64,000 nt of DNA, taken from positions 560,763-624,762 of the forward strand of contig OZ253471.1 of NCBI GenBank assembly GCA_965261715.1, in the 5' to 3' direction. The stretch is from Dehalococcoidia bacterium. Lineage in GTDB: Bacteria; Chloroflexota; Dehalococcoidia; Bin125. The notes beneath the pieces were generated by a model. It made no database searches and was not told the DNA's origin. It was given only the letters and a program-made list of their open reading frames with translations. Made by a program: the position numbers and the translations under genes. Shown here piece by piece: positions 55,847 to 64,000 of this stretch (its first letter is position 1; every line of letters starts with the position of its first letter).

Positions 55847-57303
55847 GCCGTGTCCGACTGGGGATGGTCAAGACGCAGGTGAGCTCCACGAGTTTCGGTT
55901 CGGCGCAGCGCTGCCTCGGTGATCAGACGGGCCGTGAGCGTGGCCAGCGGGAGCGATGGATCGGCCGACTCATCGCTCGAGTGGGACCACTCGCCGAAGC
56001 GGTCAACGGCGGTTTGCAGACCGTTGGCGGTTCGCGTGATCCCGACACACTCGTTCATCGTGGTGCGCAGGTCATCCCACGACGGTGCGGCAGATAGTCG
56101 ATGCCAGCGAGTTAAGTGAACGTCCTCCGGGCGCGCTGTCGCCCGCCCTGGGTCGCGGCGAATCGCATTGACGGCGCGTGTCGAGAAGACCGCTGCCTCG
56201 AGCAGCGAGTTGGAGGCAACGCGGTTCGCTCCATGAGCGCCGGTCGAGGCGCACTCTCCGGCTGCGTAGAGTCCATGCACGGTCGTTCGGCCATCAATGT
56301 CCGTGTAGACGCCGCCCATGTGGTAATGCGCCGCAGGTGCAATCGGAATCGGGCCGGCTGTGATGTTGTGTCCATGTTCAAGCGCTCCGCGATAGACCCC
56401 AGGGAAGCGTTGACGCAGGTAGTCGGGATCGCGGTGTGAGATGTCGAGCATCACATGGTCTGTGCCATCGCGTCGCATGATCTCCGTGATGGCCTGCGCG
56501 ACGACTGAACGCGGCGCCAGCTCGGCGTCGGGATGGACTTGAGTCATGAATTGGTCGCCGACCGCGTCAAGCAGCACCGCTCCGTCGCCTCGCAGCGCTT
56601 CGGAGATCAGAAATGCGCTGCCCTCGCTGACCAGCGTCGTTGGGTGAAACTGCACAAACTCGACATCGCGAACCACCGCGCCGGCGCGGAAGGCCAGCGC
56701 GACACCGTCGCCGGTTGCGTTGGCGGGGTTCGTTGTGGTTCGATACAGCGCGCCCGCGCCGCCGGTCGCGAGGATGACCGCGTCGGCGAGGACGGATTCG
56801 TGCTGGTCGGTGATTGCGCCGACACAGCGCCCAGCCTCAATCGCCAGGTCCGTCACGGCTACGTCGGTTCGGACATCGACATTGGCCTCCGACAGGCGCT
56901 TCGAGAGGGCGGACTGAATATGCAGACCCGTCTGGTCGCCGCCTGCGTGCAGGACTCGGGGGGTGGAGTGCGCTCCCTCATTCGCGAGCGCCAACCGGCC
57001 ATCTCGGTCCCGGTCGAATTCGACTCCAAGATCCAACAGACGATCGATAGCCGCCGCGCCGTCGGCGGTCAGTGTCTGGACGGCGACCGGGTCACAGAGT
57101 CCGGCGCCGGCGCGAATGGTGTCGGCCGCATGAATGGCCGGATCGTCGAGAGCGGTGACGGCCGCGGCGATACCGCCCTGTGCTCGCTGGGTGTTGGTTT
57201 CTTCCAGCGCAGACTTGCTGAGCAGCGTGACATCGGCAAATTCTGACGCCAATAGCGCGGCATTGATGCCGGCCAGCCCGCTGCCGATGATCAGGATTCG
57301 CAT
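55807..57303 (-). CDS. nadB: L-aspartate oxidase
   Basis: 'MRILIIGSGLAGINAAL' FAD-binding N-terminus and 'HYHMGGV' flavoprotein motif. Confidence 0.9.
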   Translation of the reverse strand: MRILIIGSGLAGINAALLASEFADVTLLSKSALEETNTQRAQGGIAAAVTALDDPAIHAADTIRAGAGLCDPVAVQTLTADGAAAIDRLLDLGVEFDRDRDGRLALANEGAHSTPRVLHAGGDQTGLHIQSALSKRLSEANVDVRTDVAVTDLAIEAGRCVGAITDQHESVLADAVILATGGAGALYRTTTNPANATGDGVALAFRAGAVVRDVEFVQFHPTTLVSEGSAFLISEALRGDGAVLLDAVGDQFMTQVHPDAELAPRSVVAQAITEIMRRDGTDHVMLDISHRDPDYLRQRFPGVYRGALEHGHNITAGPIPIAPAAHYHMGGVYTDIDGRTTVHGLYAAGECASTGAHGANRVASNSLLEAAVFSTRAVNAIRRDPGRATARPEDVHLTRWHRLSAAPSWDDLRTTMNECVGITRTANGLQTAVDRFGEWSHSSDESADPSLPLATLTARLITEAALRRTETRGAHLRLDHPQSDTAWQQHSYWQLAHE

Positions 57304-57342
57304 CGCGTCGTCTGTATTGGGTCGTAGCTGGGTCGCGGCCGA

Positions 57343-58560
57343 CTAAGTGATCGCCAGCATGCGATCGAGCGCAACGCCGGCCCACTCGCGGGTCTCGTCG
57401 TCGACTGTGATCGGATTGACCACGCGGCCCTCGACCAGCGATTCGGTCACCCAGGCCAGGTATGCAGGATGAATCCGGTACATCGTCGCGCAGGGGCAAA
57501 TGACGGGGTCGAGGCAGAAGACGGTTTTGCCCTCGTGGGCAACCTCTTCGTTCAGTCGGTGGACCAGGTTGATCTCGGTGCCGACGGCGTAGACGCCGGG
57601 AGGCCCGTTGCGGACGTAGTTGATGATGAACTCTGTTGAACCGTCGGCGTCGGCTGCGGCGACGACGGGTTCGGTGCATTCGGGGTGCACCACGACGCGG
57701 ACGCCAGGGTGCTCTTGCCGCGCACGTTCGATCTGTTCGACGCGGAAGCGGATGTGGACCGAGCAGTGACCCTGCCAGAGCAGGATCTTGCTATCGGTGA
57801 TTCGCTTCTCAGTCAGGCCGCCCAGTGCTTTGCGCGGACTCCAGACAGCAGTCTGCGTCCTCGGGTCGATACCCAGGCGCTTGCCGGTGTTGCGTCCGAG
57901 GTGCTGGTCGGGGAAGAAGAGCACCTGGTCGCCCTGCTCGAAGGCCCACTCAAGGACGGCAGTCGCGTTCGATGACGTGCAGACCGCTCCACCGTTCTTG
58001 CCAACGAACGCCTTCAGCGACGCGGCGGAGTTCATGTATGTGATTGGGATGACACGGTCCGTGTCAACAACCTCGCTGAGGTCATCCCAGGCGTCGTAGA
58101 CGTCCTCGGGCCGAGCCATGTCGGCCATCGAGCAGCCAGCAGCGAGGTTTGGCAGGATGACGGTCTGCGCAGGGGTCGTCAGGATGTCGGCGCTTTCGGC
58201 CATGAAGTGGACGCCGCAGAAGATGATGTAGTCGGCCTCGGAGCTGTTGGCTGCTTGCTGCGCCAGCTTGAATGAGTCGCCGCGGAAATCGGCGAACTCG
58301 ATGATGTCATCGCGCTGGTAGTGATGACCGAGGATCACGAGTCGGTCGCCAAGCTTGGCGCGTGCGGCGCGGATCCGCTCTCGGAGCTCGTCGCCGGACA
58401 GCTTCAGATAGTGCTGCGGAATCTCCGGCTGCCAGTCGGGCAGGTGCGGCTCGGCGGCGAGCGGGATGGTGGCAATGTCGGTTTCGCAGGCTTCGTCGGG
58501 CAGGTTCGGCGGGAGAATCTCCGGGACGAAGTTGGTCTCGACGACGACGGCTTCAGTCAT
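57343..58560 (-). CDS. nadA: Quinolinate synthase
   Basis: 'ILGHHYQRDDIIEFADFRGDSFKLA' and 'IFCGVHFMAESADI' NadA signatures. Long-N-terminus type. Confidence 0.9.
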   Translation of the reverse strand: MTEAVVVETNFVPEILPPNLPDEACETDIATIPLAAEPHLPDWQPEIPQHYLKLSGDELRERIRAARAKLGDRLVILGHHYQRDDIIEFADFRGDSFKLAQQAANSSEADYIIFCGVHFMAESADILTTPAQTVILPNLAAGCSMADMARPEDVYDAWDDLSEVVDTDRVIPITYMNSAASLKAFVGKNGGAVCTSSNATAVLEWAFEQGDQVLFFPDQHLGRNTGKRLGIDPRTQTAVWSPRKALGGLTEKRITDSKILLWQGHCSVHIRFRVEQIERARQEHPGVRVVVHPECTEPVVAAADADGSTEFIINYVRNGPPGVYAVGTEINLVHRLNEEVAHEGKTVFCLDPVICPCATMYRIHPAYLAWVTESLVEGRVVNPITVDDETREWAGVALDRMLAIT

Positions 58561-58583
58561 GGCTGGCTCTCAGACCGGTTACT

Positions 58584-58619
58584 TAGTGTCAGAGTGACAC
58601 TATCAATGACAAATAGTGT
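58584..58619. promoter_or_regulatory. Two overlapping palindromes in the nrtR-nadA intergenic region (candidate NrtR operator)
   Basis: Seen directly: AGTGTCA-gag-TGACACT (58584..58600) and ACACTAT-caatgacaa-ATAGTGT (58597..58619), lying 24-59 bp upstream of the nadA start codon. Confidence 0.45.
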
Positions 58620-58715
58620 TGCAAATCTGGGCCGCACTTGTCAAGAGTTGACAAACGAATCGTGCGAGATCGTGGAGTGATTCGCTCTCGACATAAGACC
58701 GGATATGGCTGCCGA

Positions 58716-59390
58716 TCAGGAACGGTTGCTGAATTGGTAGAGACGCGCCGGACGGTGTCGTCCGTCGGTCCGCATCTCCGACGTGGCGCTAATGAAGTCG
58801 GTTGCCAGCAGGCGCCGGCGGAAGTTTCGCTTGTCGAGCGGGCGACCGAGGATCGCCTCGTACACCTCCTGCAATTCGCGCATCGTGAACTGGGGAGCCA
58901 GCAACGAGTAAGCGGCGTCGGTGTATTGAAGCTTGTTGATTAGCCGCGTGCGGGCGACATCAAGCACCTGCTCATTGTCGAACGCCAGGGGTGGGACGTG
59001 GTCCAGGTTCCACCAGGCCGGGCGCCAGGCGGTGCGCTGGGCCAGCCGCACGCGGGAGGGATCGACCAGCGCGAACCAGGCCACGCCGACGCTGCCGTCA
59101 TCGGACGCAGGGTCGAGGTCGCCAAAGGTATAGAGCTGCTCCAGGAACAAATCGGTGACGCCGGTCTCCTCCGCCAGCTTGCGCACAGCCGCCTGCTCAA
59201 GCGACTCGCCGTGTTGCAATGCGCCTCCGGGGATCGCCCATTGGCCTTCCTCCGGCGGAGCGGATCGCTCGATCAGCAGCACCTGCAGCGCACCGTCAAG
59301 GACCGTGAATATGACAACCAGAACAGCGACGGCGGGCCGTCGCGCATCCGTCCGTAGTGTGTCGTGCGCGCGCGTGGTCTCGGTGGTCAT
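58716..59390 (-). CDS. nrtR: NrtR-type Nudix-related transcriptional regulator of NAD metabolism
   Basis: N-terminal Nudix domain ('GGALQHGESLEQAAVRKLAEETGV'). C-terminal about 90 aa helical region ('...LQEVYEAILGRPLDKRNFRRRLL...') as in NrtR wHTH domains. Adjacent to nadABC. Start set at ATG 59390 ('MTTETTRAH'). Confidence 0.7.
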   Translation of the reverse strand: MTTETTRAHDTLRTDARRPAVAVLVVIFTVLDGALQVLLIERSAPPEEGQWAIPGGALQHGESLEQAAVRKLAEETGVTDLFLEQLYTFGDLDPASDDGSVGVAWFALVDPSRVRLAQRTAWRPAWWNLDHVPPLAFDNEQVLDVARTRLINKLQYTDAAYSLLAPQFTMRELQEVYEAILGRPLDKRNFRRRLLATDFISATSEMRTDGRHRPARLYQFSNRS

Positions 59391-59394
59391 CGGA

Positions 59395-60807
59395 CTATGT
59401 CTTGGCCGGCTGGCCCTGCAAGCTTCCCAGGGCTGCCTGGCCGGCCAAGCTGCCCAGAGCCGGCTGGCCCTGCAGACTCCATGCTCCGACGCGAGTGACA
59501 GCAACGGTGAGCATGTCGCCTGCCCGATACTCGCCAATCGGCGCGTCGAAGTGGACCAGCTTCATTGTTCGGGTGCGACCGGTGTGACGTTCCATGCCGT
59601 CGGCGTCGGATGGCTTGGTCGATTCCAGCAGGACTTCGACATCGCTCAGCAAGTAGCGATTGTTGATCCGGAACGAAATCTCGCGCTGCAACTCCTCGAC
59701 CCGGTGAAAGCGCTCCATCTTGATCTCGTGCGGTACGTCGTCGGGCTGGTTCTTCTGAGCGAAGGTCCCGGTGCGCGGGCTGTACGCGGCGACATGCACC
59801 TTGTCGAAGCTCAGCTCCTCAAGCAGGTCATAGGTGTCCTGGAAATCGGACTCGGACTCACCTGGGAAGCCAACGATGACGTCGGTCGAGATGCTCACAT
59901 CCGGCCAGAGCGAACGGACCTTGTCCACGCGCTCGCGGAACTGCACGACGCTGTAGCCGCGTCGCATGTTGGTCAGGACATCGTCCGATCCGGCCTGGAC
60001 CGGCAGTGAGAACGCTTCGCAGACCTTTGGCAGTGCGGCCATGCCTTCGAGGATGCGGTCGGTCATGTCGGGCGGATAGCTGGTCAACTGTCGGATGCGC
60101 TGCAGGCCGGGCAGGTCGTGGATGGCGCGCATGAGGTCCGACAGGTCGGCGTGGTCAGTGTCGGGGTCAACCGGCGGCTGGTCCTTGCCGTACGCCTCGA
60201 CGGTCTGTCCGAGCAGCGTCACCTCGCGCACGCCGCGCTGAGTATGCGCCTCGATCTCGCGGGCGATCTCATCGATCGATCGGGAACGCTCGCGTCCGCG
60301 CCGCAGCGGGACGATGCAGTAGGTGCAGAACTTGTCGCAGCCCTCGACTACGGGCACGAACGCAGTCGGACGGGTCTCATCCGGAAACACGTCGGCCCAA
60401 CCTGCCGGCCAGAACTCGCCGCCGTCATCCTCGACCTCGGGCAGACCCGGCAGGTCGAGCAGATTGACGACCTGATCGAATCGCTGCGGCTGGGCCCAGG
60501 CGTCGACGAAGGGGAACCGTTTGGTGATCGGGTCGTCGCCGCGAGCGGTGTGCGGTCCGACCATGCAGCCCATGACGGCGATGCGCAGGTCGGGGTTGGC
60601 TCGCTTGAGGTGCTTCAGTGAGCCGAGCTTGGCCTGCGCTTTGTCCTCGGCGTGCTGGCGTATCGCGCAGGTGTTGAGCACGATCAGATCGGCATCGCGG
60701 GGCTGATCTGTGGGGTCCATGCCCAGGCGTCGCAGGCCGGCCGCCAGCTTGGCGGAATCGGCCGTATTGACCTGGCAACCGACGGTCCAGATGTGGTACT
60801 GAGGCAT
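59395..60807 (-). CDS. miaB: tRNA-i6A37 methylthiotransferase
   Basis: 'CQVNTADS' (MTTase N-terminal Cys) and radical-SAM 'CDKFCTYCIVP'. TRAM C-terminal region followed by a repetitive GQ(P/A)ALGSL tail. Confidence 0.9.
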   Translation of the reverse strand: MPQYHIWTVGCQVNTADSAKLAAGLRRLGMDPTDQPRDADLIVLNTCAIRQHAEDKAQAKLGSLKHLKRANPDLRIAVMGCMVGPHTARGDDPITKRFPFVDAWAQPQRFDQVVNLLDLPGLPEVEDDGGEFWPAGWADVFPDETRPTAFVPVVEGCDKFCTYCIVPLRRGRERSRSIDEIAREIEAHTQRGVREVTLLGQTVEAYGKDQPPVDPDTDHADLSDLMRAIHDLPGLQRIRQLTSYPPDMTDRILEGMAALPKVCEAFSLPVQAGSDDVLTNMRRGYSVVQFRERVDKVRSLWPDVSISTDVIVGFPGESESDFQDTYDLLEELSFDKVHVAAYSPRTGTFAQKNQPDDVPHEIKMERFHRVEELQREISFRINNRYLLSDVEVLLESTKPSDADGMERHTGRTRTMKLVHFDAPIGEYRAGDMLTVAVTRVGAWSLQGQPALGSLAGQAALGSLQGQPAKT

Positions 60808-60839
60808 GATTTCTCGGTGCTAGTTTGTGGCGGTTCGTC

Positions 60840-60929
60840 TGGCGGAGGGTGAGGGATTCGAACCCTCGACGGAGTTTCCCCCGAACCCGCTTAGCAGGCG
60901 GGCGCACTAGGCCACTATGCGAACCCTCC
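60840..60929 (-). tRNA. tRNA-Ser (anticodon GCT)
   Basis: Reverse complement folds as a cloverleaf: GGAGGGT acceptor, GG in the D-loop, anticodon stem CCCGC/GCGGG with loop CTGCTAA (GCT), long variable arm, GGTTCGAATCC T-arm, encoded CCA. 90 nt. Confidence 0.85.
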
Positions 60930-61015
60930 ACCTATGAGATTAGCAGCGGGCGAGCCATATGCTGCGCTGAAGACTGTACTAAGCAGCTCAGGGAGCACTT
61001 TGCGCGATTGGTGGT

Positions 61016-61984
61016 TTGATGATGCGGGAACGTCTCAGCAGACTCGTAGGCAACCTCGGCGGATTGCTCCGCGTCCCCGAACCGAGGCATGTGCAGGCGC
61101 TGCTGTCGAATCGCTGGATGCCGATGATCGGAGCGTTCCTCGCGATTGTGGTTGCTCTGGCCGTCGCGGTGCCTCTGGCGTTGGGGACGAAAAGCGATGA
61201 GAACGATCCATTCGTGCTGAAGTCGGAGGACGGCGCGCGATTCGTGGCCGAGGTCAACGGTTCTGGCGAAAACTGGGTACTGCTGGGCCACATGTATCGG
61301 ACTAAAAACACGAACCCGACCAATCGACGCATCTGGGACAAGCTCGCCGAGCGCCTCGTCACTGAGGGCTATCGAGTGCTGCGCTGGGACTTCCGTTGCC
61401 ACGGCGCCACGCCCTGCGTCTACAGCAAGCGCCAGATCGAGGATGTGCCGGATATCTACCTCGAATGGGAGGCCGCGATTGACTACGCGGTGGACGAGGG
61501 CGCCGAACAGATCTTTGGCATTGGCGTCAGCATGGGCGGCACCAGCCTGATGCAGGTGGCGGCCTATCGGACAGAGTTCACCGCAGTCAGCGCAATCTCG
61601 AGTCCCAACATCTTCCCCAACAAAGCGCCGAAAGACTCAGATCGCGGCGGCGATGATTTCGATCGACTCGACGGACTCGCCAACGTCGCCGATATCCAGG
61701 TACCCAAGCTGTACATGGTCGGGGCCAGGAATCAGTGCTCATACTGGCAGTCGAATCGCTATTTCAAACGCGCAGGTGAGCCCGTGCGGCTAGTGATCTT
61801 CGAGACGGATTTACATGGCACGGAACTCCTTGACGAGGAAGAGATCGGTCCAGATGCGGTGCGAGAGGTTGTAAATTTCCTCGATAATCCGCACGGAATC
61901 ATCGGCAAAGAAAAGCGAAACGAAGCGCCGGACGCCGATCCCAGCGACGAGTGCTGGCCGCCTGAGGACGAAGAAGATGACTAA
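61016..61984 (+). CDS. Membrane-anchored alpha/beta hydrolase-fold protein
   Basis: 322 aa with an N-terminal TM helix, 'GIGVSMGGTS' nucleophile elbow and an acidic C-terminal tail. Confidence 0.5.
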   Translation: MMMRERLSRLVGNLGGLLRVPEPRHVQALLSNRWMPMIGAFLAIVVALAVAVPLALGTKSDENDPFVLKSEDGARFVAEVNGSGENWVLLGHMYRTKNTNPTNRRIWDKLAERLVTEGYRVLRWDFRCHGATPCVYSKRQIEDVPDIYLEWEAAIDYAVDEGAEQIFGIGVSMGGTSLMQVAAYRTEFTAVSAISSPNIFPNKAPKDSDRGGDDFDRLDGLANVADIQVPKLYMVGARNQCSYWQSNRYFKRAGEPVRLVIFETDLHGTELLDEEEIGPDAVREVVNFLDNPHGIIGKEKRNEAPDADPSDECWPPEDEEDD

Positions 61985-62009
61985 ACGGGTGTCTCAGATC
62001 TGCAAGATT

Positions 62010-62160
62010 CGTCATTCCCGCGCCCTGTCGCGGGAATCTCGACGAGTCCGGCGCCGACGCTCGAACCTGAGGAACCGCGCCCGTTTCAATCGCTCAGCCG
62101 ACTCCTGGCTTTCGTGACGAGCACTGCGAGATACTCGCGGCGGAGCGCGGGTATGACGGA
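62010..62160. mobile_element. MITE-like element, copy D (about 151 bp)
   Basis: 'CGTCATTCCCGCGCCCTGTCGCGGGAATCTCGACGAG...GCGAGATACTCGCGGCGGAGCGCGGGTATGACGGAG'. Confidence 0.6.
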
Positions 62161-62282
62161 GATCGATATCGGGCGGCCTTTAAGACGCTTTCAAGATCGC
62201 AATGCCGTCTTGCTGATTCGATCGCCCAGGCGCCCGTAGAGCCGGATTGCTCCAGCGTGTTCGCCGACCACGTCAAGCGTGA

Positions 62283-62489
62283 TCAGGACTGGTCGCGGCG
62301 GCGATTGAGGATTCTGTGTATGAGCGGAACCAGCACGATCACGGCAACGGCGCCGACGATGACGCCGACCACGACATCGATCGTCAGGCTGAGGATGACC
62401 ATCAGCGCGATTCCGACCAGCGGGGCGAGGAATCCGGCTTTGGCGGCGATCTGGCCCTGTCGTTTTGGACTGAGCGGATCGTCGCTCAT
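62283..62489 (-). CDS. Small membrane protein, hypothetical
   Basis: 68 aa with one strong TM segment ('LVGIALMVILSLTIDVVVGVIVGAVAVIVLV'). It lies 9 nt downstream of sucD. Coding status is uncertain. Confidence 0.35.
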   Translation of the reverse strand: MSDDPLSPKRQGQIAAKAGFLAPLVGIALMVILSLTIDVVVGVIVGAVAVIVLVPLIHRILNRRRDQS

Positions 62490-62498
62490 GAAGCTTGC

Positions 62499-63419
62499 CT
62501 ACTCCGCTGCGCCTGGAGGTTGGTACTTGTCCGCCTCTTCGAGAACGCGGCGCATCGTCGAGCCGATCTCTGCGGGGCTGCGTGAGATCACCGCTCCGGC
62601 TGCTTCGAGCGCGGCGAGCTTTGCTTCGGCGGTGCCGGCCTCGCCCTCGATGATGGCGCCGGCGTGTCCCATCCGCCGTCCTGGAGGCGCAGTCGCGCCC
62701 GCGATGAATGCGACGACCGGCTTGGTCATACTGCGCTTGATGTACGCGGCCGCGGCCTGTTCGGCCAGTCCGCCGATCTCACCGATCAGCACGACGGCGT
62801 CGGTGTCGGGGTCGTTCTGGAATCGGCGCAGGATGGCCTGTTGTTGTTCACCGATGATCGGGTCGCCGCCAACCCCAACGCAGGTCGACTGGCCGATGCC
62901 CGCGCGGGTCAACTGATCGACCGCCTCGTAGACCAGCGTGCCGGAGCGCGAGACGACGCCGACGTTGCCGGACATGAAGACATCGGGTGGGTGAATCCCC
63001 ACGCGGCACTTCGACGCCGGCTGAATGATCCCCGGGCAGTTGGGGCCGATCAGTTTGCTCTTGGAGCCGGCCAGCGCGGTGCGCACGCGGATCATGTCGT
63101 GGACCGGCACGCCCTCGGTGATGCAGACGATCAGCGGCACCTCAGCAGCGATGTTCTCGAGGATCGCGTCGGCCGCGCCGGGGGCGGGCACGTAGATGAT
63201 CGAGCAGTTGGCCTGCGTCTTCTCAACTGCTTCAGTGACCGTGGCATAGACCGGGAAGATGTGATTGGCGTGGGCGAAGTTTTCGCCACCGCGGAATCCC
63301 GGATGCACGCCCACGACCACCTTCGTGCCGTAGTCGAGAGAGCGTCGAATTTGGTTCTGACCCTCGTTACCGAGGCCCTGGATCATCAGTCGGGTGCGGT
63401 TGTTGAGAAGAATGCTCAT
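62499..63419 (-). CDS. sucD: Succinyl-CoA synthetase alpha subunit
   Basis: '[12 protein letters not shown]' N-terminus, the CoA-binding motif, and the phospho-His loop 'GHAGA'. Confidence 0.9.
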   Translation of the reverse strand: MSILLNNRTRLMIQGLGNEGQNQIRRSLDYGTKVVVGVHPGFRGGENFAHANHIFPVYATVTEAVEKTQANCSIIYVPAPGAADAILENIAAEVPLIVCITEGVPVHDMIRVRTALAGSKSKLIGPNCPGIIQPASKCRVGIHPPDVFMSGNVGVVSRSGTLVYEAVDQLTRAGIGQSTCVGVGGDPIIGEQQQAILRRFQNDPDTDAVVLIGEIGGLAEQAAAAYIKRSMTKPVVAFIAGATAPPGRRMGHAGAIIEGEAGTAEAKLAALEAAGAVISRSPAEIGSTMRRVLEEADKYQPPGAAE

Positions 63420-63431
63420 GCGCCGGTTCCT

Positions 63432-63490
63432 CGTTCGGGAGTGTTCGGTCTTGTTCGGGTTTGTTCGGATTTGTTCGATGCTGTTCGAAC
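63432..63490 (-). repeat. Phased 10-bp direct-repeat array, (C)CGAACA unit in sucD sense, 6 copies
   Basis: 'gttcg' occurs at 63432, 63442, 63452, 63462, 63472 and 63482 (exact 10-bp period). In sucD sense this reads ...UCGAACAGCA UCGAACAAAU CCGAACAAAC CCGAACAAGA CCGAACACUC CCGAACGAGG AACCGGCGC AUG. Confidence 0.7.
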
Positions 63491-63508
63491 CCAGCTACGA
63501 ACCGTTTG

Positions 63509-64000
63509 CTAGTTGTTGGACCGTGTTCGGCGCTTGCCGGACTTGGCCGCCTCGACCGCGAGCTCGGCCGCGTCACCAAGTTCGTCCGACGTCTGAATGT
63601 CGATGCCGGAATCGTGCAGCACTCGGCGGCCTTCCTCGACGTTGGAGCCGTTCAGCCGCACGACCAGCGGCTGCCGGATGTCGAGCTCCGTGACCGCGTC
63701 AACGACGCCCTCGGCAACGATATCCACGCGCGCGAGTCCGCCGAAGATGTTGATGAAGATCACCTTCACGTCGGGGTCGTTGACGATGATCCGCAAGGCT
63801 TCGATCACGCGGTCTTTGCGGTTGACCGTGCCGATGTCGAGGAAGTTGGCCGGCTCGCCGCCGTACAGCTTGAGCGTGTCCATCGTGGCCATGGCCAGGC
63901 CGGCGCCGTTGACGACGCAGCCGATGTTGCCGTCGAGCTTGATGTAGGAACCGATGTTGGCCTCTTCGGCCTCAATCTCGGTCGGATTCTCCTGAGAGCG
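63509..64000 (-). CDS. sucC: Succinyl-CoA synthetase beta subunit (partial; 5' part lies beyond the window)
   Basis: C-terminal part of SucC ('...[14 protein letters not shown]...'). It reads from the window edge down to the stop at about 63509. Confidence 0.85.
   Translation of the reverse strand, partial: RSQENPTEIEAEEANIGSYIKLDGNIGCVVNGAGLAMATMDTLKLYGGEPANFLDIGTVNRKDRVIEALRIIVNDPDVKVIFINIFGGLARVDIVAEGVVDAVTELDIRQPLVVRLNGSNVEEGRRVLHDSGIDIQTSDELGDAAELAVEAAKSGKRRTRSNN

Noticed and set aside
60808-61015. Integrase or prophage boundary next to tRNA-Ser(GCT).
   Set aside because: No integrase, recombinase or att-like direct repeat of the tRNA 3' end is present. The tRNA is flanked by miaB and an alpha/beta hydrolase.

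Overview
This is a 64 kb high-GC window of a bacterial chromosome. GTG starts and overlapping ATGA/GTGA stop-start junctions are frequent, and I cannot place the lineage more finely than a high-GC bacterium (Actinomycetota- or Chloroflexota-like). Most of the window is core metabolism and housekeeping.

Recognisable core genes, in order: B12-dependent methionine synthase (metH) and NhaA; a CoxM/S/L-type molybdenum hydroxylase with a MoaD-like GG protein downstream; an inositol monophosphatase-family protein (IMPase); an LLM flavin oxidoreductase; a copper module (CopC, a TolB-like propeller, and a CopC-CopD-cytochrome c fusion); a CoA-transferase / acyl-CoA dehydrogenase / enoyl-CoA hydratase cluster; the conserved rpsB-tsf-pyrH-frr-uppS-cdsA-dxr-rseP block; dtd; nadCBA with an adjacent NrtR regulator; miaB; tRNA-Ser(GCT); and sucD with partial sucC.

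Accessory content:
- a FIST-sensor / P-loop kinase / Nudix-like three-gene run;
- a solitary PemK/MazF-family toxin homolog with no recognisable antitoxin;
- a tandem pair of AurF-like diiron proteins followed by an alpha/beta hydrolase;
- two NYN (LabA-like) paralogs, the second frameshifted, bracketing a CocE/NonD hydrolase and two paralogous P450s;
- a small GIY-YIG protein inside the CoA cluster.

The most unusual signals are at the DNA level:
1. a ~152-bp MITE-like element with hairpin-containing terminal inverted repeats, present in four intergenic copies;
2. a second family of GC-rich palindromic tandem repeats (140-157 bp units carrying GNRA-tetraloop hairpins) at four loci;
3. two arrays of a CCGAACA motif repeated with an exact 10-bp period immediately upstream of start codons, between AurF-like gene 1 and gene 2 and between sucC and sucD.

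No CRISPR array, rRNA or integrase was seen.
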